From contig NW_025765037.1 in assembly GCF_003918875.1 (NCBI RefSeq), forward strand, positions 806,001 through 870,000: DNA of 64,000 bases, written 5' to 3'. Made by a program: the position numbers and the translations under genes. The notes below the pieces were generated by a model. The model was not told the DNA's origin, searched no databases, and saw only the letters and a list, made by a program, of their open reading frames with translations. Below, piece by piece: positions 38,112 through 51,000 of the stretch. Numbering within the stretch: position 1 is the first letter of the stretch; every line of letters begins with the position of its first letter. The DNA is from Haliotis rubra (taxonomy: Eukaryota).

Positions 38112-38387
38112 GCGGAAACCTACATTACCCAGTATCCACTAGGTTTCCGCAACAGCGGAAACTAAGTCATTTTTTCTATGAACGTTTCAGCAAACTGAAA
38201 CTAAATAGAAGCTCAAAATGTTCAGTTTCAGTTGTAGAAACATGACGGAAACCTAGACTTATTAGTTTCAATTTTGTAAACTATGCGGAAACTCTCATTC
38301 TCTGTTTTCGGATACTGAAACTTTGCGGAAACCTACATTACCCAGTATCCATTAGGTTTCCGCAAGAACGGAAACTAAGTTATTTTT
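38112..38387. repeat. Duplicated hairpin unit with GAAAC/GTTTC motifs
   Basis: GCGGAAACCTACATTACCCAGTATCCA(C/T)TAGGTTTCCGC at 38112 and 38325. Confidence 0.7.
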
Positions 38388-39054
38388 GCTGTGATGGGGT
38401 TTAGTTTAATTCTTTATAGACTAGTTACTTAGTTCAGTCACATATAATCTATATTCTCCAAGTACACATGTTAATCCCATGAGTTTCGAGGAATGAAATC
38501 TAATTGTGTATAGTCTTGGGGTGTATAGTTTAATAAATATATACAGTATGTAGTAACAAATATAAATAGTATTCAGGTAATTAGTACTTATAATCCAACA
38601 TATTACTGAGGTATCAAGTTTAATCCAATGACGTCTTGATGTATATAGTCTTAATGTTCTCCTGCATATTTGTGAGCTGTGAAGTTCTTAAGTAGCCTTG
38701 AAGTATTGAGTTTATTCCTATGAAATATTCATGTTCTCACACGTAATGACACCTTTCGGAGTTCTCTTGGCGTCAAATCAGCTTTATCATGGTGACCTAT
38801 AAAAGGCAATGTTGTTGTTGTTGTTGTGGACAGGGTGTGCAGTGACCCATGTCGTGAGTTCACAATGATGCTCAGTCATGCAGAAACAGGAAACATCACT
38901 TTGGCAATATCAAGGGATACATTCCAGGAAATGCTGCCACAATGACATTGCACCACAATGCCCTTGCAGACCATTGTGACGTCATCGTTTGTTGGGCAGG
39001 CTATGCCTACCGTTTTGCGAACATTCGGTGTCATATTCTTTTCCGTTGACATAA

Positions 39055-39196
39055 AACCACACACACACACCCAGACAAAAACAAAACCCACCCCCACCCC
39101 CACACCACCACCACCACCACCACCACCACCACCACCACCACACCACCACACCACCACACCACACACACCACACACCACCCCACCTCACACACACCC
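39055..39196. repeat. (CCA)n/(CA)n microsatellite
   Basis: Directly visible. Confidence 0.9.
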
Positions 39197-39589
39197 ATGC
39201 CCTCACAAGAAATGGCATCACAATTCTATTTGATACTGAAGGTGGTTAAATGGTTAGATGAACTTATTACACTTAAGTAATTGGTTTTTGGTTTTCAGTG
39301 TTAACAAGCTGAAAGAATGATATCTGAAGACAATTAGATTTGTCTCTTATATTGTAAACGCCGGATTTGTATTTTACCTATTATGGACTCGCCCTTCAAT
39401 CGACCGGATCATATCAACTTCCAGCTAGTCTGTGATTATGCCTCCATACAATAACATACGGACATTGTCTCGTCGCCCTCACAAAAACAAGAAAAAAGTT
39501 GTAAAATTAACCAAAGTGCGACAATGCGACATTTTAGCCATTTGTTGCATTGTTGCCATCTCGCATTGTCGCGCTGTGAATAAGATTGA

Positions 39590-39740
39590 CTTGTTTCACA
39601 CATGTCATCGTATCCCAATTGCGTAGAGCGATGCTCATGCTGTTGATCACTAGATTGTCTCTTTCAGATACGATTGTTTACGAAGTGCCGCCATATAGCT
39701 GGAATATTGCTGAGTGCGGCGTAAGACTAAACGCACTCAA
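39590..39740 (+). mobile_element. SINE-like family B, 3' part
   Basis: Partial match. Confidence 0.7.
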
Positions 39741-40751
39741 TCCAGTAAACATCATAACGTATTCAAAGAATGTGTGGCAAGTTTGCAGAAGATATCACAT
39801 ACTATTTCTTTCTAAAGTAGTTTAAGTTAAAAATGATTAAATAGGTCCATATCTGAATATTATTCTAACAACTGATCTCGAGGTCTTGGCACAATTACAG
39901 CCACAACTCAGTGCATGGAGTACAAGTGATAAACTATCTCAATTTACACGCGATTTCTCTTCAGGTGTATCTTCCAGATATGTTTTGAATATATCCAGTT
40001 GATCGTGACGGGTACAGAGTAGCTGCCTTATTTCATACGTGGGATATTAATGGTCAAAGTGCTCTAGTGACTGTTCGAGGAGAACATTGCCACCCACAGG
40101 AAGCCATCACTTAGATTGGGGATACAGGGGGTAAATATAATGATTGCCGTGACCGATGAATGATGCATAACACACCATGCCCCAACAGTGGTAATTAGAC
40201 CCACGCCCCACCCAAGTAATAACCGCCAGGGTGCCGCCCACCCTTGTGTGTCACGGTGGGAATTGAGTGTACTGTCGGAAGTGGGTATATAGTACAGATA
40301 GGTATATGTTCGTGTGAATAGGCTGTCTGAATAATATACTGTGCTAGTTATTTAAATCGGACTTTGTGTAGATCGTTTATAGAAAAATAGCTTATTTTAA
40401 TGTAGGGCGACACTTTATTGGGATGATTGGCAACGGCGGACTTTGGGACTGTTAAATTTCTTGCCTAAACTATCTCATTAAATAGTTATCCTGACAGGAA
40501 AACCTACCTTGAAAACTGGCTTTAACCAACTAATATACCGAATCAAATCCTACCGATTCTGAAAAGTCGTGGTAACACTTCAAGGTTCAAAACACATTTA
40601 TGATACCAGTGACAAATACATCCCCATCTAATAAACGTTTATTGTTTGTTTCATTTTTAGCCGCCATAGAAAAATAGGTACAGACAATTGCGTGCTCATA
40701 AACAACCCCAGCGACAATGACCAAACAATGCAACACTCTTTTAAGGACTGA

Positions 40752-43295
40752 TGAAACTGACAACGAACCAAGATATCAAACATTATGATTAGGAAACTGA
40801 CAACGCACCAAGATATCAAACATTATGATACGGACACTGACAACGCACCAATATATCAAACATTATGATTAGGAAAGTGACAACGCACCAAGATATCAAA
40901 CATTATGATAAAGAAACTGACAACGCACCAAGATATCAAACATTATGATTAGGAAACTGACATCACCAAGATATCAAACATTATTAAAAGAAACTGACAA
41001 CGCACGAAAAAATATCAAACATTATGATTAGGAAACTGACAACGCACCAAGATATCAAACATTATGATAAAGAAACTGACAACGAACCAAGATATCAAAC
41101 ATTATGATAAAGAAACTGACAACGCACCAAGATATCAAACATTATGATAAAGAAAGTGACAACGCACCAAGATATCAAAAATTATGATAAAGAAAGTGAC
41201 AACGAACCAAGATATCAAACATTATGATAAAGAAACTGACAACGCACCAAGATATCAAACATTATGATAACGGAAACTGACAACGCACGAAAAATATGAA
41301 ACATTATGATAAGATAGGAAACATTGAAAATGAAACGCACCAGATATCAAACATTATGATTAAGAAAGTGACAACGCACCAAGATATCAAAATTATGATA
41401 AAGAAACTGACAACGAACCAAGATATCAAACATTATGATAAAGAAACTGACAACGCACCAAGATATCAAAAATTATGATACGGACACTGACAACGCACCA
41501 AGATATCAAACATTATGATTAGGAAACTGACAACGCACCAAGATATCAAACATTATGATTAGGAAACTGACAACGCACCAAGATATCAAACATTATGATT
41601 AGGAAAAGTGACAACGCACCAAGATATCAAACATTATGATAAAGAAACTGACAACGCACCAAGATATCAAACATTATGATTAGGAAAGTGACAACGCACC
41701 AAGATATCAAACATTATGATTAGGAAACTGACAACGCACCAAGATATCAAACATTATGATTAGGAAACTGACAACGCACCAAGATATCAAACATTATGAT
41801 TAAGGAAACTGACAACGCACCAAGATATCAAACATTATGATAAGGAAACTGACAACGAACCAAGATATCAAACATTATGATAAGGAAACTGACAACGCAC
41901 CAAGATATCAAACATTATGATTAGGAAACTGACAACGAACCAAGATATCAAACATTATGATTAGGAAACTGACAACGCACCAAGATATCAAACATTATGA
42001 TTAGGAAACTGACAACGCACCAAGATATCAAACATTATGATTAGGAAACTGACAACGCACCAAGATATCAAACATTATGATAAAGAAACTGACAACGCAC
42101 GAAAAATATTAAACATTATGATTAGGAAAGTGACAACGCACCAAGATATCAAACATTATGATAAGGAAACTGACAACGCACCAAGATATCAAACATTATG
42201 ATAAAGAAACTGACAACGAACCAAGATATCAAACATATCAAATGATGAAGAAACTGACAACGCACCAAGATATCAAACATTATGATACGGACACTGACAA
42301 CGCACCAAGATATCAAACATTATGATAGAAAGGACAACGCACCAATATCAACCATTATGATGACAACGCACCAAGATATCAAACATTATGATTAGGAAAC
42401 TGACAACGCACCAAGATATCAAACATTATGATTAGGAAACTGACAACGCACCAAGATATCAAACATTATGATTAGGAAACTGACAACGCACCAAGATATC
42501 AAACATTATGATAGGAAACTGACAACGCACCAAGATATCATTATGATTAGAGAAAGTGAAACACCAAGATATCAAACATATGAAACTGACAAAATATCAA
42601 ACATGATAAAGAAACTGACGCACCAAGATATCAAACATTATGATAAAGAAACTGACAACGCACGAAAAAAAATGAAACATTATGATGAGGAAAATGGCAA
42701 CGCACCAAGATATCAAACATTATGATAAAAAACTGAGAACGCACCAAAATATCAAACATTATGATAAAGAAACTGACAACGCACCAAGATATCAAACATT
42801 ATGATAAAGAAACTGACAACGCACCAAGATATCAAAATTATGATACGGAAACTGACAACGCACCAAGATATCAAACATTATGATTAGGAAACTGACAACG
42901 CACCAAAATATCAAACATTATGATTAGGAAACTGACAACGCACCAAGATATCAAACATTATGATTAAGGAAACTGACAACGCACCAAGATATCGCACCAA
43001 AATATCATTATGATAAAGAAACTGACAACGCAACAAGATATCAAACATTATGATTAGGAATCTGACAACGCACCATTATATCAAACCTCATAATAAAGAA
43101 ACGGACAAAGTGACTGAGATATCAAACATCGTGATAAAGAAACTGACAACGCACCAAGATGTCAAACGTCATGATTAGGAAACTGACATCACCAAGATAT
43201 CGAACATCATAAAAAGGGAATTGCCAACGCACCAAGATATCAAACATCATGATAAGGAAACTGGCAACGCATCAATATATCAAACATTATGATAA
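40752..43295. repeat. 40-bp minisatellite, about 63 copies
   Basis: AGGAAACTGACAACGCACCAAGATATCAAACATTATGATT. Confidence 0.95.
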
Positions 43296-44189
43296 CGGAT
43301 ATCCAATATGACATTACGCCGAATAGTAGCTCCTACACCATTTATCTGAAAATATTTTCAGAAACAATAACAATGATGTTATGCATAGTGTTGCATAGAA
43401 TGTGTTTTATATTTAATAATCACGTTTATCATCAGAAGTTTCAGGAGAATTGATCATCAGAGAATCCATATGGAGGAACTTTCCCACATCTTTCTCTGCA
43501 TCTCAACATGTAATTAAGTTCCCGAATGTCCACCCTCTTCTCACACAAGACATATAAAGAACTTCAGCCGATTCGTCTTGCGTCCTGCAACTGGTGGTCA
43601 CACTTGGTTACGCATAATTATCATAATTGGCAAACGATTGTTGTAGCTGGTATATGAGGCCAGTGGTCTCTCCCCGCCACCAGACGCCGATCTGCTTCAA
43701 GACATTCATCATTTGAGGTAATGTTATCTTTATATTCAGTAGACAGCGTTTGAACTGTATTTCCTTTACCAAGTACACCTTACAGATGTATACAGGAACG
43801 AGTAATCCATGTTTGATCGTTGTTAAAATATGCAAACAAAACATTGTCATTAGTGTCTTGTATTTGATACGGATTTCATGTTTGTCTTATGGACCTAATG
43901 GTTGCCGTGTTTTGGTAACTGTTTTCAGCCAAGTAACATCTTGTTAACGTTTGCACTTTTGTTTTAGAAATTCAATTTACAAGTGAATATGTTTTAAGCC
44001 ACAGTATATTTTCTTTACATATCAGTTACAGTGTCATGTACATTGAAGAGTAAAAAAACCTATATCCTGTAATGTTAAAAACATTGACTATTGGAGCCAT
44101 TGGACCAGAACATACAGCGCATAATGGATGCTTATCATCACTGTATATCGGAGACAGTTGTTTGGTAAAGATGGAAGCACTGTAAACTG

Positions 44190-45010
44190 GAGCTTTGCAA
44201 ACAATTAGTACCGAATGGTTGATGGTAGAATGTAAGTGGCTCATTTTTATCAAAAATATTTAGATCAAGCAGGCCTGAGCTATGTTTGGTCGACACAGAG
44301 CTTCATATCACCGTTGGTAAATGACCAGATGGTGGCCACATGAATACGTGCAAACACCATATAGTTGCGGGTACAGCAACGTGCAGCAAACTAGGACAAA
44401 GTACTGTGACTATGTGTCCCAGTCCACCCAGCTGTGAATGGGTACCTCGTTAGGATGGGAAAGCCACATTAACTCGGTGCGCCTAGTGGCTGCAAGAGTT
44501 GTATACTCTCCAGGGAGTTGGGATTGACAATACAATGTACCGTTTAAGATTCACATCCAATGATCGAGGGAAAAACAAATTGTGAAGCGCCTTGGAGTGA
44601 GCTTGAAGTAGTGCAAATATGGCGGTATAGAAATGTGGCATATAATAACTTGGTAAAGGTATCCCTGCACACTGCATGGTATACATTAGCAAGCATGGTA
44701 CGCAGCTATTATAGTAATAGTAATTCATCTGAATATTCAGCAAACCGAATCTTCAAACTAAACAATGAGTTTGAATCATATTTATCACATATTTCTTTCC
44801 TTTTACCTTCTAAATTACGATTCTTTCGAGCATCATATCACCTCAGTTGAATCAGGGAGATGGAATAACACTCCATTAGTGATCATAAAATTATAATGTA
44901 AAATGAACGGTGTTGACGAGGAATACCATTGCTTTCTTAAATGTACATAGTTTAACGACGATATATTTGATGATTGTATAATACTGTAAATATAGGAATC
45001 AACCAAATAT
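44190..45010 (+). mobile_element. Degenerate CR1/L2-type LINE ORF2 C-terminal remnant
   Basis: Frameshifted motifs KWLIFIK..LDQAGLSYVW..Q, RIFK...FESYL, VESGRWNN.P, DEEYH..LKC. Confidence 0.55.
44400..44650 (+). mobile_element. CORE-type SINE fragment interrupting the LINE remnant
   Basis: CAGTCCACCCAGCTGTGAATGGGTACC..GTATACTCTCCAGGGAG..TGTGAAGCGCCTTG; degenerate relative near 59930-60030. Confidence 0.5.
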
Positions 45011-45536
45011 GCTGACGTTCATAGAACTATGTCCAGAAGAAACTGTGTAATCATACTGATGTTGATAAAGGTCCCGGTTAATCCTCTGTCCACCTCACTA
45101 TATAGGTCATGACGCGTTTCTCGAGTGTAATACAGTTTTGTTATGTACTGAGTAAAGTTAAAACACTGTAAATTGGAGCCAAGGAGACAAATAATTAATA
45201 TCAGCATTGCATAGTGGGACCAGTGCATATTGTGGAGTGACCCTTGAAACCATTTTGTACTCGAGCAAGTGAACTACAGAGAAGTGGATATAAGATGATG
45301 AACCAGTACATTGATGTCGGGCATTGAAGGAGAAAAGAAAGGTAGCACCCCGTATATGGCTTAGATATATCCCGTATTGCCCTGTCTCTATTGGACACAT
45401 CTACGTGGGACATTGATCTCATGTTCATACATGTCTAAGATATCACGCATACCTGCTGAAGAGATGGTACAAGAAACAGTGTGTGTCTCTGCGGATGGCA
45501 CTGTTACACCATGTCATGCAAAACTGCAGTGTAACT

Positions 45537-45794
45537 CAGTGCGCGAAATAGCCACTGGCCCACTAGCCCGTGGCTAGTAAATATTCAGTCGGGCCATTTA
45601 ATCTCCATAGTCTCTGTCCCGACTGGCTGGTGAATTTTCATGGGGTCATTTTGCAAATATATCACTCTCTCCGACTTATTAAGTTACAATACACTTTAAA
45701 TCATGCAAGATTATGAATTATTTTGTGGGCTAGTAACTTTCAGGCATAGCTAGCCAGACTGGCTAGCAAAATTTGGAAACTATTTCACACACTG
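45537..45794. mobile_element. MITE with CAGTG termini
   Basis: CAGTGCGCGAAATAG / CTATTTCACACACTG, internal GGCTAG/CTAGCC repeats; no clear TSD. Confidence 0.6.
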
Positions 45795-46474
45795 AACGTA
45801 ACCCACTGAGTGTGAAGCAAAATACCCATTGCCATTGGCGGATACAGTTTATCAATCCTTTAAAAAAAAATATTTCAGTTTCCGTATTTCTGACTATATC
45901 ACTTTTAAGCAAAAAACTAACACGTGTCTTTCTCAATATAGGTTACCATTTCCTTAAGATGCTGATCTCAAGTGATCAATTCATACAGTTTTCACAGCTA
46001 TTCTACGTTCACGCCCAAGCGAATATGTCTGTGCTAGTTCGTTATAACTGTAATGGGGTTTCATACTGCTGGAGAACGATATCGTTGTTGAAAAATGAAC
46101 GGGTCATGTGGTCAGGAAATAATCCAATCGAATCCCCGGAAATGCCTTAAACATCAAAATAAGAATTGATATAGAAATGTATGGCATAAAACGCCCAAAA
46201 GTTTTATATGGATGTGCTGGTTCATTGTTATTGTAATGGGGTTTCATCCCGCCAGAGAATGATATCCCTGATGGAGCGTGTTCTACCATTCAGTAGCTAA
46301 CTGACAGGGACGTTTTTATAATAGAGCATTTGGAAAGCACTGTATTTGTACTAAATAATTTATACAAATGGATCAACAATTCAGCCATCATAATGGTTCT
46401 CGTCCGCGATAAGCAAAGACAGATCATATATCTAAAATTCCTTTTACTATCCGGGGATAGCGTAATTTTAACAT

Positions 46475-46876
46475 AATGGCGTCCAGGGCACGTGTGCATG
46501 AATGTTGTTTTACACCAAAGTCGGAAATAACCAAAGTCGGAAATAACTCGCTAGTGTGTGTGATTTAAGGCTTGGCAATAAGAACCATTGGCGCCCAGGG
46601 CACGTGTGCATGAATGTTGTTTTACACCAAAGTCGGAAATAACTCGCTTGTCTGTGTGATTTAGGGCTTGGCAAGAAGAACCATTGGCGCCCAGGGCACG
46701 TGTGCATGAATGTTGTTTTACACCAAAGTCGGAAATAACTCGCTAGTCTGTGTGATTTATTGGCAATTTAAACCATTGGCGCCCAGGGCACGTGTGCATG
46801 AATGTTGTTTTACACCAAAGTCGGAAATAACTCGCCAGTCTGTGTGATTTAAGACTTGGCAAGAAGAACCATTGGC
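46475..46876. repeat. About 96-bp tandem repeat, about 4 copies
   Basis: CCATTGGCGCCCAGGGCACGTGTGCATGAATGTTGTTTTACACCAAAGTCGGAAATAACTCGC.. at 46585, 46681, 46773. Confidence 0.9.
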
Positions 46877-47056
46877 ATGATCTCAACAGCATGATGTCTG
46901 CTACAGGCCATCTTGGTATTACAGCAGGCTATGAGTCCTATAGTTGTAACCATTCGGTCTTCCGCAACAAGCATGGTAGTGAGGAAATCCTCATTCCCCC
47001 ACCCCATGACCATGCGCTTGAATTAGATTTTGATGTACCCTTATATCTATCTGATC

Positions 47057-47905
47057 TACCCTTGAAGGTCCGGGTTAGAATGTACCTTCAGTAACCCATG
47101 CTTGTCGTAGGAGGCGACTAACGGGATCGGGGGGTCAGGCTCGCTGGCTTGGTTGACACATGTCATCGGTTCTCAATTGCGCAGATCGATGCTCATGCTG
47201 TTGATCCAGACTCGATTATTTACAGACCGCCGCCATATAGCTGGAATATTGCTGAGTGCGGCGTCAAACTAAACTCACTCACTCTCTATTCGATCTGTGA
47301 TCTGGTTAACACTTGATCTACAAATTCCTGAAAATTTGTGTTAGAATTGGTTTTCAATAATCCAAGCTTAGCTTAAGTGAGTGAGTGAGTGTACTTTTAC
47401 ACCGCACTCAGCAATATTTCAGCTATACGGCGGCGGTTTGTAAATAATCGAGTTTAGACCAGAAATCCAGTGATTAACATCATGAGCATCGAAACAAGTC
47501 AGCGAGCCTGACCACCCGGTCCCGTTAGTCGCCTCTTCCGACAAACATTGGTTACTGAAGATCAATTTTAACCTGGATCTTCACATGTGTTGTCTAGATA
47601 AAAGGTGATCCGTAAGATAGTCAGACCATACATTAACATTAACTTACGACTGTCTTAGCGCTCATCGTATCCCAATTGCTTAGATCGATGCTCATAAATG
47701 TTAACAACCCGCTGGGCCAGTGAGCATACAGTGAGCCAGTGAGCCAGTGAGCATACAGAGTGAGTGAGTGAGTTTAGTTTTACGCCGCACTCAGCAATAT
47801 TCCAGCTATATGGCGGCGGTCTGTAAATAATCGAGTCTGGACCAGACAATCCAGTGATCAACAGCATGAGCATCGATCTGCGCAATTGGGAACCGATGAC
47901 ATGTG
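47057..47905. mobile_element. Cluster of family B copies (47057-47284 +, 47377-47585 -, 47758-47905 -) just upstream of the Calx/EGF/ZP start
   Basis: Repeated family B matches in both orientations. Confidence 0.8.
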
Positions 47906-48005
47906 AGCATACAGACATTTAGATACAAACACAATGGTAGCATATACATATTCTAGGAATGTAACCTGTATTGGCCGTTTCTTGAGGGCTGACTGACATC
48001 AGGAC

Positions 48006-48060
48006 ATGATGAAGATGTTGGCGCTACTTGTCCTTGGACTCTGTGTTCAGCACGTTAGGG
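48006..48060 (+). CDS. Calx/EGF/ZP exon 1, signal peptide [18 protein letters not shown]
   Basis: ATG, hydrophobic core, GTGAGT donor in phase 1. Confidence 0.8.
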
Positions 48061-51000
48061 GTGAGTTAAAGCGTGGGTTCATGTTGAGTAACACAGTCAG
48101 CAATATTCCACCTATACTACTCGAAATAAGTTAGGGACACCGGTACTTTTCTATTACTATCGTTCATCGGTGTTTGGAAGGCGGAATATGCAAGGATCTA
48201 AGATAATTGTTGCACTTCACGAAGAAATGGTGCACGAGGAAGTATTTATGTTACATTTTACCGACTATGTCGGTGTTTTGTGCAATTCTGTAATTGGTAT
48301 GCTACTATTTGTCATGTGACCAGGGGCGGTGGGGTAGCCTAATGGTTAAAGCGTTGGCTCGTCACGCCGAAGACCCGGTTCGAATCCCCACATGGGTACA
48401 ATGTGTGAAGCCCATTTCGGGTGTCCCCCGCCGTGATGTTGCTGGAATATTGCTAAAAGCGGCATAAAACCATACTCAGTCAGTCAGTCAGTCATGGGAC
48501 CATTAATCTTTTAGCGCCTCACAGGCAGCTTGGGTTATCCAGGGTAAAAATAATTGTGCGCTATGAGCACGCTGTCGGTGTGGATCTAGCGCAATATAAA
48601 TGGACTAATTATTATTATTAACTATCAATTTCAGATAATTGTATGATTGTACTTCACGATGAAATATTACTCGAAGACACATATTTGAACTGATCTTTCC
48701 TTGGAATCTAACTGAAACATGCATTTCATAATCTAACTTAGTTTCAGGTCTGTATTCACATAATCGATGCTAAATTACTTCTCAAGTTGTAAAACTCTGA
48801 AATTTTCAACATGGTTTGTTGAACATTCATTGAACACATTATCTTAAAAATTCAATTTGGTTTCCTGAAGGACCTATTTATTACTTTGAATATTTTATTA
48901 TATACTACCCATCAAATGATTAGACTCACTTAAAGCACTCACTATATGATATGTATATATATATGGTTACATCGATGGTGAATTTCTCCACTAACTTGGG
49001 GAACCAACTGCAAACCTTATGCAGATAAATTGCACGAGGATCATGCATCAAATTTCTGAATGTGCAAATATCATGCATGTGAAAAGCTGCGTTTTGGTGT
49101 AAAGGTTTGTTAAGAATTCGCCAATTTTCACTGAGTTTCATCATTTATTGAACCTATGACAATAATCTTTTCAACGTGACGAATTTGTTTTACAATACAT
49201 CGTTCCATGTGTAAACAGTATCTTTAAACAGTATGGAATATTTTTCAAAATCTAGTTAAGGATATTTGACTGAAGTAAGCAGCTACATTAACGCTAATGA
49301 GTCTAAACTTTTGATGGGTAGTATAGTTATGATAACCAGGCCTGTATGCACTGAAAGAAAAAATTCCAGGGAAACGAAAGTCGTGTACTGTGTTTCATTA
49401 CAAGCAATAGATATTGATGTTGAACAAACAGTACGACGTTCATTAGTCGAATGACAAGTACATGGACACTGCGATTGTTTCTGTAGGTGGCGCTGTTAGT
49501 TTGTTCCCAAGCGGCATATCTGTGTCACCGACGGCTGTAGGAGAGGGGACAGCGACACACACCATCACCGTCACCAGAGACGCTCCATACACCAGCGAGC
49601 TGACCTTTCAAGTAAGATCACCACTGATGATTACAGTGATGAAGAAGTGATGATAAATGTTGGGGGTAGGGATGCTGGGAGCGGCTGTTGAAGATGGATG
49701 CCAGTAAAGGAAAAGAAATATGAAGACACGAGGAGAGCGTTGGGTAGTTTGGGTGTAGGGATGGGAGGACAGGTGGGTAGTGTGGATGTAGAGATGGGAC
49801 GGCAGGTGGGTGGTATGGGTGTAGGGATGGGAGGACCTGGAGTAGTGTGGGTGTAGGGATGGGGGGACCTGGTGTTGTGTTGGTGTAGGGAGGGGTGGAC
49901 AGGTGGGTAGTGTGGGTGTAGGGATGGGAGGACCTGGGGTATTGTGGGTGTAGGGATGGGAGGACATATGGGTAGTGTGGATGTAGAGATGGGAGGACAG
50001 GTGTGTAGTGTGGGTGTAGAGATGGGAGGACAGGTGGGTAGTGTGGGTGTAGAGATGGGAGGACAGGTGGGTAGTGTAGTGGGTGTAGAGGTGGGAGGAC
50101 AGGTGGGTAGTGTGGGTGTAGAGATGGGAGGACAGGTGGGTAGTGTGGGTGTAGAGATGGGAGGACAGGGGGGTAGTGTGGGTGTAGAGATGGGAGGACA
50201 GGTGGGTAGTGTGGGTGTAGAGATGGGAGGACAGGTGGGTAGTGTGGGTGTAGAGATGGGAGGACAGGTGGGTAGTGTGGGTGTAGAGATGGGAGGACAG
50301 GTGGGTAGTGTGGGTGTAGGGATGGGAGGACAGGTGGGTAGTGTGGGTGTAGAGATGGGAGGACAGGTGGGTAGTGTGGGTGTAGGGATGGGAGGACAGG
50401 TAGGTGGAGTGTGGGAGGTAGAGATGGGACAGGGAGGGACAGGAGTGTGGGGGGAGGACAGGTGGGTAGTGTGGGTGTAGAGATGGGAGGACAGGTGGCT
50501 AGTGTGGGTGTAGGGATGGGAGGACAGGGAGGTAGTGTGGGTGTAGAGATGGAAGGACAGGTGGGTAGTGTGGGTGTAGCGATGGAAGTGTCGGGTGATA
50601 GTGTAGTGGTTGGTGTCGGGTTTAGAGTCGGTAATTAGGGGCGGGGTGAGTGATTCATCGAAGGGAGGATAGGGCGATGTTTGCTCTTGGTATTTTTGTT
50701 TATCGAGACAGTTTTTCAATTATTCTAACGGCTATTATTGTTAGGAAATGTTTTGATTGCTCTTCTGAAAAATATACAACCTGATTTCACAAGGTGAGAC
50801 CAGTTTGAATACATCATAACTGTATGCATGTTGTGTAGTATCAGACAGTGGACAACACGGCAACTGCAGGCAGCGACTACAACGTCATCAGCTCCACCAG
50901 CGGCTCTATTGGAAGTGGTAGCCCGTCAACCACCTTCACCGTCACCATCATCGGCGACTCGGTGAGCATCCGTAGCCATGGAAACACAGATGACTGAGTA

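Noticed and set aside
38876-39233. Poly-Gly, poly-Pro and poly-Trp ORFs
   Set aside because: (CCA)n microsatellite translations
29735-43295. Regularly spaced repeats as possible CRISPR arrays
   Set aside because: No unique spacers, no cas genes and eukaryotic context; these are head-to-tail minisatellites
49608-50719. Pro/Thr-rich and Gly/Val-rich ORFs resembling extensins or mucins
   Set aside because: Translations of a 33-bp intronic repeat; exons 2 and 3 splice in phase around it
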